A stretch of 58,296 nt of DNA, from positions 1 through 58,296 of the forward strand of contig DATEUK010000007.1 in NCBI GenBank assembly GCA_035283165.1, read 5' to 3'. Below are positions 52,101 through 58,296 of this stretch, in pieces. Under the pieces are notes generated by a model that searched no databases, had not been told where the DNA came from, and saw nothing but the letters and a program-made list of their open reading frames with translations. A program made the position numbers and the translations under genes. The stretch is from Thermoplasmata archaeon (GTDB lineage: Archaea; Thermoplasmatota; Thermoplasmata; RBG-16-68-12; EA-27). Each line of letters opens with the position of its first letter. Position 1 is the stretch's first letter.

Positions 52101-53310
52101 TGTGGCACCGCCAGCAGTGGCCGTACCGGTGGACGACCTGCCCCTGGTGGAACAGGGCTCCGGCCGCCTTCAGGTCCTCGATGACCGATGCGCTCGCCTC
52201 CCGCACGTGGCGGCCCGCGTACGAACCCGCCTCCGCGGTGTACACGCCCCGCTCATCGACGGGGGAGAACGGGGGGAGTCCCTGGGCCTGTCCGAGCTCG
52301 AAGTCCTCGGGCCCGTGTCCCGGCGCCGTGTGCACGAGGCCCGTATGCTCGTTCGTCACGGTGGGCGAGGCGAGGACCTTGTGCGCGTTCGGTGCAATGG
52401 CCTGAGCATGGTACGGCACCTTGTCGGCGAGCGGGTGCTCGTAGGCCCATCCCACCATCTCCGATCCCACGAGGAGGTCCCCGATTCGACCCAGCACGTC
52501 CGCCTCGTCCAAGATGCGCGCGGCGGTCTCCTCCAGGACCCACACCGCCCCGTCGCCTAGCTCCACCTTCGCGTACTTGAACTCGGGGTGCACCGCCACG
52601 GCGAGGTTCGCGGGGAGTGTCCACGGGGTCGTCGTCCAGATCAGGAGGGACTCTCCCGGGCGGTCCTTCAAGGGGAACTTCACGTAGATCGAGGGGTCCG
52701 TCTCGTCGGAGTACTCGACCTCCGCCTCCGCGAGCGCGGTCTCGCACCGCGTACACCACTGGAGGGAGCGGACGTTCTTCGACAGGAGGCCTTTCTCGTG
52801 AGCGAGCTTGAGGGTCCACCATTCCGTCTCGATGAACGGGTTCACGATTGTAATGTACGGGGCCTCCCAGTCCATCCACACGCCGAGCTGCTGGAACTGC
52901 TCCGTCATCTTCCCGAGGAGGTCGAGCGAGAACTCGCGGCACGTGGTGACGAACTTCTCGATTCCGAGCTCCTCGATCTCGCGCTTGTTCGTGATCCCGA
53001 GGGTCTTCTCGACCTGCACCTCGATCGGCAGGCCGTGCATGTCATACCCGGGTTGATCGCGGACGTTGTACCCCTGCATCCGCCGCCAACGGACGATCGC
53101 GTCCTTGATCGTCTTGTTCAGGGTCGCACCCAGGTGGATCGATCCCGTCGTGTACGGGGGCCCGTCCACGAAGTAGAAATCCCTCCCCTTCTCGCGGAGC
53201 GTCCGCGTCTTCTCGTACGCCTTCGTCCTCCGCCAGAACTCCTGGACCCGCTTTTCCTGCTCGAGCGGAGCGTGGTCCTTCCTCGCCTGCTTTATCATCG
53301 CACTCCCCAC
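49135..53310 (-). CDS. ileS: Isoleucyl-tRNA synthetase fused in frame to a ~335-aa HhH / double Zn-ribbon / Pro-Ala linker / DUF835 extension
   Basis: PYTTGSIHLGA (HIGH), QMHKSLGN (KMSKS) and a complete IleRS up to about residue 1053. The frame then continues without a stop to residue 1391. Confidence 0.93.
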   Translation of the reverse strand: MGSAMIKQARKDHAPLEQEKRVQEFWRRTKAYEKTRTLREKGRDFYFVDGPPYTTGSIHLGATLNKTIKDAIVRWRRMQGYNVRDQPGYDMHGLPIEVQVEKTLGITNKREIEELGIEKFVTTCREFSLDLLGKMTEQFQQLGVWMDWEAPYITIVNPFIETEWWTLKLAHEKGLLSKNVRSLQWCTRCETALAEAEVEYSDETDPSIYVKFPLKDRPGESLLIWTTTPWTLPANLAVAVHPEFKYAKVELGDGAVWVLEETAARILDEADVLGRIGDLLVGSEMVGWAYEHPLADKVPYHAQAIAPNAHKVLASPTVTNEHTGLVHTAPGHGPEDFELGQAQGLPPFSPVDERGVYTAEAGSYAGRHVREASASVIEDLKAAGALFHQGQVVHRYGHCWRCHTPVIFRVTEQWFLRVDPLRAKMIEEIRRVRWVPDWAGSARQMEWTTNLRDWTISRQRYWGTPLPIWVCEKCGDLRVVGSTEELRAGQNYREGMDLHRPWIDAVTFRCPKCGGTERRVPDVLDVWFDSGVASWAQLNLPRTKDLFKRWWPVDWIVEGPDQTRGWFNAQLTLGVAAFDRSPFESVLMHGWVNGPDGRQMHKSLGNYIEPFEVIAKHGVDALRLYLLRANAPWEDVTFSWEDVKNAGRTLTILYNVLRFATTYMAMDRFDPDAHRLDEVVKHLTPEDRWLLSRVERIKETMTALLEAYELHRATRALEEFVVEDLSRWYVKIVRDRTWAEGEDRGKMAAYRVLYEALVTTARLLAPFCPHIAEEIYQDLDGRMLSVHMADWPRSREDFLNAGLERSMNTIRDLVDVVAKVRQKENLKLRWPVRSVTIQGAPADAADAIRQLLHIFRDMANVKEVQILAEDSPYAEMELALSPDPQAIGKAYKAWWSKIATILEMRPASEVQRELQEHGEYKMGIEGQIIKILPNMVRVEHRLPEGIVRAETPYGELFIDLRITPELRAEGMAREVVRRVQQMRKDIDLDVEDYIRAIIRVPEGLVAPLEPWRSYIAREVRSRTLTIGTGDVDEEYIVEWPNVEGESLLVGITPLHMREALDAFTEIPGITEKKAIALFDAGYKTLAAVRAASRDEILHIQGIEEGDARRIWEFLGREPAAKVPACAVCGAPGRPEESRCWRCGELPEGTLPCPACGKPIAKGTYACPHCGFGAEKPAKPEPEPAPETPAVAVPVAAAPAPRAMEPVAEAPTMAPTPVAVRVQAPIQEALPAPAMEPGASSTYLVKEEKPQQSYALFLDALRKGRRGFCVTRVYPAKVREKFGIPADVPILWLSNVGKDDSVRPKDLEKLSLALEQFIVKEAGLVLLDGIEYLITNNNFLTVLRLVQALRDQVAINGATMVLSVNPATLDAHQLNLLEKEVDGVVTVPVPSA

Positions 53311-53409
53311 CGGGGACCGGGCTTCTTTCTTCGCCCGTGGTGCCGTCCCATCGAAAGGCCTGGCGTATTAAAAGGTGCCGTCCTCATTGTCGGCCGGGAA
53401 AGCGGGAAG

Positions 53410-53485
53410 GGCCGGGACCGAGATTTGAACTCGGGTCAAGGGATCCACAGTCCCCTAGGATGTGCCAGGCTACCCCATCCCGGCC
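53410..53485 (-). tRNA. tRNA-His (GUG) with a genomically encoded G-1
   Basis: G-GCCGGGA...TCCCGGC-C: the extra 5' G pairs with discriminator C73. Anticodon loop CTGTGGA. T arm CCGAG-TTCAAAT-CTCGG. Confidence 0.88.
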
Positions 53486-53584
53486 ACGCCTCCGTGCGAA
53501 GCGGCGCGGTGTATACAAAGATATGCTCGACCCGCCGAACGCCGGGGCGCTTGCATCGCCGATCGCGGGAAGGGGTCGGAAAGG

Positions 53585-53590
53585 TTTATG
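53585..53590 (+). promoter_or_regulatory. TATA-like box for OTC
   Basis: GGTTTATGC lies ~27-32 nt upstream of ATG 53617. Confidence 0.35.
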
Positions 53591-53616
53591 CGCGTCATCC
53601 TCATCGATACGGGTCG

Positions 53617-54540
53617 ATGAAGCGCGACTTCCTCGGCGTCCTCGATGCCGAGAAGGACTTTGTCGCGATCCTGGAACTCGCGACGACGTTGAAGAACCGT
53701 GCGCGGGCGGGAGAGCACTACGAACCCCTTCGGAACAAGAACCTCGCGCTCATCTTCGAGAAGGCATCCACAAGGACGCGCGTGAGCTTCGAGGTAGCGA
53801 TGTCCCAGCTCGGGGGGCACGCGCTGTACCTCAATCCCCAGGACCTCCAACTCGGCCGCGGGGAGACGATCGGGGATACCGCGCGCGTCCTCAGCCGGTA
53901 CGTCGACGCGATTGTGTACCGCGCGTTCCGGCACGCCGACGTCGTCGAGCTCGCGCGGTGGACCACTATCCCGGTGATCAACGGGCTGGATGACCTCGAG
54001 CATCCGTGCCAGGCGCTGGCGGACCTCTTCACGGTTCTCGAGCACAAGGGTGACCTCAAAGGGCGTCGTCTCGCGTACGTCGGCGACGGGAACAACGTGT
54101 GCAACTCCCTCATCCTCGCGACCGCCCTCGTGGGGATGGACATGGCGGTCGCGTGCCCGAAGAAGTACGAGCCGGACGCGTCGACCGTGAAACATGCGAA
54201 GGACCTCGCCGGACGGACGGGCTCCCGGATCTCCGTCCTCCAAGACCCCGTGGACGCCGCGCGGGGCGCCGACGTCATCTACACGGACGTCTGGGTTTCC
54301 ATGGGGATGGAGAAGGAGAAGGCGGAGCGTGAGCGGATCTTCGAGCCGTATCAGGTCAACCAGCAGCTCCTGAACAAGGCGAAGGAGGACGCGGTCGTCA
54401 TGCACTGCCTTCCCGCCCATCGGGGCCTCGAGATCACGGACGAGGTGATCGACGGACCGCGGTCGGTCGTGTGGGACCAGGCCGAGAACCGACTCCACGC
54501 CCAAAAGGCGCTGCTCGTGACGTTGCTCGGTGCCGCGTAA
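53617..54540 (+). CDS. argF: Ornithine carbamoyltransferase
   Basis: FEKASTRTRVSFE, LEHPCQALADL, DVWVSMG and HCLPAHRG. Confidence 0.92.
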   Translation: MKRDFLGVLDAEKDFVAILELATTLKNRARAGEHYEPLRNKNLALIFEKASTRTRVSFEVAMSQLGGHALYLNPQDLQLGRGETIGDTARVLSRYVDAIVYRAFRHADVVELARWTTIPVINGLDDLEHPCQALADLFTVLEHKGDLKGRRLAYVGDGNNVCNSLILATALVGMDMAVACPKKYEPDASTVKHAKDLAGRTGSRISVLQDPVDAARGADVIYTDVWVSMGMEKEKAERERIFEPYQVNQQLLNKAKEDAVVMHCLPAHRGLEITDEVIDGPRSVVWDQAENRLHAQKALLVTLLGAA

Positions 54541-54543
54541 AAC

Positions 54544-54551
54544 GTATATGG
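54544..54551 (+). promoter_or_regulatory. TATA box for the DUF4184-like gene
   Basis: GTATATGG lies 22-29 nt upstream of GTG 54573. Confidence 0.4.
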
Positions 54552-54572
54552 CGGAGCCGCGCGTGCCGCATC

Positions 54573-55106
54573 GTGCCCCTCACGCCGTTTCACGCCGCCA
54601 TCCCCTGGATCCCCTATGTGAAATGGCCGCGGGCGTTCTCGTTCTGGGGTCTGACCCTCGGCGCGATGGTTAGCGACCTGGAGGTCGCCCCGATCTGGGC
54701 CCTCTCGGGGGACATCTTCCAGTCTCGGGGCCTGATGCACTCCGTCCTCGGCGTCCTCTCGGTGAACGCGGTGATCACGATGATCGCAACCCTATACATC
54801 GTCCCGCCCGTCATGCGTTGGTTCGACCGACGGGGGCGTGATTTCCGCATCTTCCGATTCGCGGGCCAGGACCTCCACGCCGACCCGAAGGACCTGACGA
54901 CGGTGTACGCCTCCGCGGTCTTGGGTGGCCTTACTCACATCCTGATCGACATCCCGACCCACTCCTACAATCCTGTCTTCTGGCCCGCGCAAGTCGGGCC
55001 GCTGAACGTCGTGCCGTTCGCGGACCAGCTCTGGTGGGACGTCGTCGCGGGCGTCCCGCCACTCCTGCTGTTCGCTTGGATGATGTACGCGCTCTGGCGG
55101 CGCTGA
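54573..55106 (+). CDS. DUF4184-like membrane-embedded putative metal-dependent hydrolase
   Basis: (M)PLTPFHAAIPWIP is a typical DUF4184 start. Also GLMHSVLG, GGLTHILIDIPTH and 4-5 hydrophobic spans. Confidence 0.6.
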   Translation: MPLTPFHAAIPWIPYVKWPRAFSFWGLTLGAMVSDLEVAPIWALSGDIFQSRGLMHSVLGVLSVNAVITMIATLYIVPPVMRWFDRRGRDFRIFRFAGQDLHADPKDLTTVYASAVLGGLTHILIDIPTHSYNPVFWPAQVGPLNVVPFADQLWWDVVAGVPPLLLFAWMMYALWRR

Positions 55107-55109
55107 CCG

Positions 55110-56699
55110 TTACTCGACGCCGAAGAAGGACCGCAGGATCGGGTGCATCTCCATCATCTGCTCGCGCCCGATCGCCTCGAAGAGCTGGATCATGATCCCC
55201 ACGGTGAGAAGCACACCCGTGCCGCTCGCCTGTCCGACGGTGCCGATCATGTCCGCCCCTGCGGCGAGGGCGCCGACGCCGGCGCCGCCGATCACGGTCA
55301 CGACGGGGATGTAGCGGCCGAGCACGCGGCGGAGGACCCTAGGGTCCCGCCGGAACCCGGGGATCTGCATGCCGCTCCGCTCGATCTGACGCGCGACGGC
55401 CTCGGGCCCCATGTTCGTGGTCTCGATCCAGAACCGGGAGAACAGGATGGACCCACCGACGAACACCAGCACGTAGATGAAGAGATGGAGCAGCAGCTGC
55501 CATTGACTATGGCCGAGGAGCACCGCCTCGTACCCGGCGGGCGAGACCAGCGGCATGAGCCACGACGTGGGGCCGTTGATCGTCTGCGTGTACCAGGCGA
55601 GGCCCCCGATGGGCGTCGACGCGCTGAGCTGGGGATTGGCCCTGAGCATGACCGGATCCGGGTACGCCCCGATCAGCCAGTTACGGCCGACGATGGGCCA
55701 CTCGGGGTGCTGCCAGAACAGGAGGGAGAACATGCTCACGTTCGCGAGCACCGCGGCCACGAGGATCACGGGGATGTTCGAGGCGTAGATCAGCCGGATC
55801 GGATATCTCCCTCGGGCTCCCCGCGCCTGCCCATGCGCGAGGGGCAGCTCGATCCTCGTGGACTCCAGGTACGCCACCAGGAAGAAGATGATGATCGTTC
55901 CCACGAGGGCGACCACGGGGTTGGGCTGACGCAGGAGGATTGTTTCGAGCCCGCCGCCCGCGAGCTGCCCCGCATTCATGTTCGAGAGGAGATAGAACGT
56001 CTTGGGGATCGTCCCGGCCGGGGGGTTGTCGATGCTCACCGCCTGGTTCGGGGTGGAGGGCTCCCAGTTGAACGTGCCCGTGAAGATCTGCTGGGCGACC
56101 CCGGCCGCGATGAAGAGGGAGATGCCGCTCCCGATCCCCCATTTGCTGACCACCTCGTCCATCAGGAACACGAGGTAGGAGCCCACGACGAGCTGGGCGA
56201 CGAGGAGGCCGAGCGCGAGGTTCTTCCCGTTGCCCTGCCACACGCCCTCCAGGCCGGAGATGAAGGACGGCGCCGGTGTGAGGAAGCCGAACACCTGGGG
56301 GACCGCCTCGACGAAGATCATGATCACGACGACGAGCTTCTGCGTCCCCTGGTAGACGGACTTGTCCTCGTCTTTCGTGAGGTCGAGCTTGATGATCTTC
56401 GCGCCGGCGAACAGCTGCATGATGATCGACCCGGTCACGATCGGGCCGATGCCGAGGTGCATGAGCGAGCCCTGCTGGCCCGCGAGGATCGCTCTGAGGG
56501 ACGAGAAGAAGTCGACGACCGTCGAACGTTCCAACCCGTACAGCCAGATGTTCGTGAGTCCGAAGTACATGAGGAGGATGAGGATGACCCACATGATCTT
56601 CGTCCGGAAGTGCACATGGCCTTCCGGGCGGCGGACCGCCGGCATCCGGTCCGTGATCGGCTTGAGTTTGTAGAGCAGGCTCTGTTTCTCTTCCGCCAT
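55110..56699 (-). CDS. secY: Preprotein translocase subunit SecY
   Basis: MPAVRRPEGHVHFRTKIMWVILILLMYFGLTNIWLYGL and 10 TM spans. It sits downstream of L15 as in archaeal spc clusters. At 529 aa it is on the long side. Confidence 0.95.
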   Translation of the reverse strand: MAEEKQSLLYKLKPITDRMPAVRRPEGHVHFRTKIMWVILILLMYFGLTNIWLYGLERSTVVDFFSSLRAILAGQQGSLMHLGIGPIVTGSIIMQLFAGAKIIKLDLTKDEDKSVYQGTQKLVVVIMIFVEAVPQVFGFLTPAPSFISGLEGVWQGNGKNLALGLLVAQLVVGSYLVFLMDEVVSKWGIGSGISLFIAAGVAQQIFTGTFNWEPSTPNQAVSIDNPPAGTIPKTFYLLSNMNAGQLAGGGLETILLRQPNPVVALVGTIIIFFLVAYLESTRIELPLAHGQARGARGRYPIRLIYASNIPVILVAAVLANVSMFSLLFWQHPEWPIVGRNWLIGAYPDPVMLRANPQLSASTPIGGLAWYTQTINGPTSWLMPLVSPAGYEAVLLGHSQWQLLLHLFIYVLVFVGGSILFSRFWIETTNMGPEAVARQIERSGMQIPGFRRDPRVLRRVLGRYIPVVTVIGGAGVGALAAGADMIGTVGQASGTGVLLTVGIMIQLFEAIGREQMMEMHPILRSFFGVE

Positions 56700-56700
56700 C

Positions 56701-57138
56701 CTACCCGCCCGTCTCCGTTGTCGTCACCGTTCCCCCCGCGGCCCTGACCTTCTCCGCCGCAGAATCCGTGGCCGCCGCCACGGTGATCCGCAGGGCCCGC
56801 GTCGCCCTGCCGCCGCCCAAGAGCTTCCGGAAGCCGGCCTTCCCGAGGTCGACCTCGTACCCGTCCCCGACCTTGGCGGCGAAGCCTTCCGCGACGAAGG
56901 CGTCCAACCGCCGCTCCACCTCCTCGACGTTGATGCTCGCGGTCTTCCCCTCCCCGTCGTGGTGCCGCGTGAACCCGTGGGCGCCGAAGTGGTCGGGCTC
57001 GTTGATCAGCATCCACACGAACTTGTGCTTGTGGAGTCCTGCGTTTCCGGTGCCGCCCCGGTCGCCGTGGCCGCGGCCGTGCTTCTTGCCCCGACCGTGC
57101 GTCCGGCTCCCGCGCAACTTCCGCGTCCGACTGACCAT
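56701..57138 (-). CDS. rpl15: 50S ribosomal protein uL15
   Basis: ATG 57138 lies inside track ORF 56701..57642. It reads MVSRTRKLRGSRTHGRGKKHGRGHGDRGGTGNAGLHKHKF. Confidence 0.93.
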   Translation of the reverse strand: MVSRTRKLRGSRTHGRGKKHGRGHGDRGGTGNAGLHKHKFVWMLINEPDHFGAHGFTRHHDGEGKTASINVEEVERRLDAFVAEGFAAKVGDGYEVDLGKAGFRKLLGGGRATRALRITVAAATDSAAEKVRAAGGTVTTTETGG

Positions 57139-57617
57139 CAGCCCACCCCTGCTCCCAACATGCGCTGGAGGAGCGCGTTGATCTCCTTCCCCCGATACCC
57201 GAGGGCCCCGCCCTGCCTGTACGATCGCTTGATCCCCCCGAGGCCGCCCCGCGCGGGATCCAGCCGGATCACCGGCTTCAGCCCCGTCACGTCCCTCAGG
57301 GTCGCCTGTCCCGCGGCGATCGCCTTCGCGAGGGAGTTGATGCTCGGGTACTTGGAATTCGCCTTCACGTAGGCATCGTCGATGGACCGGCGCCCCGGGA
57401 GGCGGGCGCGCCGGACGAGCAGCATCGCCGCCATCGTCGGGTCGACCTCGCCCCACGTGAGATAGTCCTTCGCCCGCCGGAGCATCCCGTCTACGGTCGG
57501 GTTCTTCGGGAGCAACACGCAGTGGTTCACGCGATGGAGCCGCAGGTAGCCGAGCGTGTCCCGGATCCCGCCGCGGACGTTCACGTGCCCCCGGATCCGC
57601 ACAACCGCGTACGTCAT
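57138..57617 (-). CDS. rpl30: 50S ribosomal protein uL30
   Basis: MTYAVVRIRGHVNVRGGIRDTLGYLRLHRVNHCVL. ATGA overlap with the S5 stop. Confidence 0.95.
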   Translation of the reverse strand: MTYAVVRIRGHVNVRGGIRDTLGYLRLHRVNHCVLLPKNPTVDGMLRRAKDYLTWGEVDPTMAAMLLVRRARLPGRRSIDDAYVKANSKYPSINSLAKAIAAGQATLRDVTGLKPVIRLDPARGGLGGIKRSYRQGGALGYRGKEINALLQRMLGAGVG

Positions 57618-58296
57618 GACGCCGCCTCCGGCGGGGGTTCATCGGCGTCGGGCGGGTTCTCGGCTCCCGGGGGCGGCGGTGCCCCCCCGCGCACGTACAC
57701 CTTCTCCGCCCCGGTGTGGATCTTGAGCTTGGATTCCTGGCTGGACGTCACTTTCATCCGGGCCGTCCGTCGGAGCGCGTCGAACGTCGCGAGCGCGTAG
57801 TTCACGGTCGTCTTCGTGTGGCCCTGCGTGAAGCCCCATGCGTCTCGGATCCCCGCGAGGCGGAGGACCGATTTCGCGACGTCGCCCACCGCGAGGCCGA
57901 CGCCCTGCGGCGCCGGCTTCAGGGTCACGCGGACGGAGCCGCTGACGCCGGTGACCTTCACGGGGAACGTGTGCGCCCGGTAGCACCCACACTCCCAAGA
58001 CCCGCACCCGCGCTTGACCTGGAGGATCTTCACCTTGGCCGCGTCGATTGCCCTCCGAATCGCCGGACCCACCTCCGTGCCGCGCGCCCGCCCGAGGCCC
58101 ACGAACCCGTCCGCGTTCCCGACCACGACGGTGATCGCGAAGTTCACGCGCCGCCCGGAGTCCGTCATCCGTTGGACCATGTTCACGTCGAGCACCTCGT
58201 CCTCCAGCTCCGGAAGGAGGATGTCCACGATTTCCGGCTCCCGGAGGGGCAGGTTCGTCGCGAGCGCCTCGCTGAGCGTCGTCACGTCTCCCTTCA
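57614..58296 (-). CDS. rps5: 30S ribosomal protein uS5 (5' end beyond the window) with a Pro-rich C-terminal tail
   Basis: EIVDILLPELEDEVLDVNMVQRMTDSGRR, GLGRARG and AGIRDAWG. The frame stays open upstream of the track's GTG 58285 (..KGD-V-TTLSEAL), so the true start is probably off-window. Confidence 0.9.
   Translation of the reverse strand, partial: KGDVTTLSEALATNLPLREPEIVDILLPELEDEVLDVNMVQRMTDSGRRVNFAITVVVGNADGFVGLGRARGTEVGPAIRRAIDAAKVKILQVKRGCGSWECGCYRAHTFPVKVTGVSGSVRVTLKPAPQGVGLAVGDVAKSVLRLAGIRDAWGFTQGHTKTTVNYALATFDALRRTARMKVTSSQESKLKIHTGAEKVYVRGGAPPPPGAENPPDADEPPPEAAS

Overview
This is a high-G+C archaeal chromosomal segment. Hand counts on 60-nt samples give about 65-70% G+C in most genes. 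It looks euryarchaeal, possibly Thermoplasmatota-like, but that placement is a low-confidence inference. The window is almost fully coding. I call 44 protein genes (two run off the window ends) and 3 tRNAs (Ala-UGC, Gly-GCC, His-GUG). I found no rRNA, CRISPR array, transposase or integrase. Housekeeping content: the archaeal str cluster S12-S7-EF2-EF1alpha-S10-tRNAAla (11.8-18.5 kb, minus strand); the tail of the spc cluster S5-L30-L15-SecY (55.1-58.3 kb, minus strand); IleRS, GluRS, RFC small subunit, a Hef-type helicase, OTC, ThiL, an aminotransferase, a UbiD-type decarboxylase, an aconitase-X pair, two cation/proton antiporters, and a PP2C plus metallophosphoesterase pair. Accessory-looking content: four large secreted or membrane-anchored proteins (beta-helix/PKD, M6 metalloprotease, Ig-like repeat protein, SBBP-propeller/PKD) and a PIN/UPF0175 toxin-antitoxin cassette beside tRNA-Ala. 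Most unusual observations: (1) a radical-SAM enzyme whose CX3CX2C cluster motif is interrupted by two mini-inteins only three residues apart; (2) IleRS fused in frame to an HhH / Zn-ribbon / DUF835 tail; (3) a 1172-aa beta-helix/PKD ectodomain protein with a cytoplasmic double winged-helix tail; (4) an aconitase-X small subunit fused to a Nudix hydrolase; (5) a LAGLIDADG intein in the EF-2 P-loop; (6) a degenerate tRNA-Ala 3' direct repeat bracketing the TA cassette. All family assignments come from motif recognition by eye on the supplied translations or on my own hand translations. No database search was possible. Because the genome is G+C-rich, most long ORFs in the track are antisense or out-of-frame shadows, and I discarded them.
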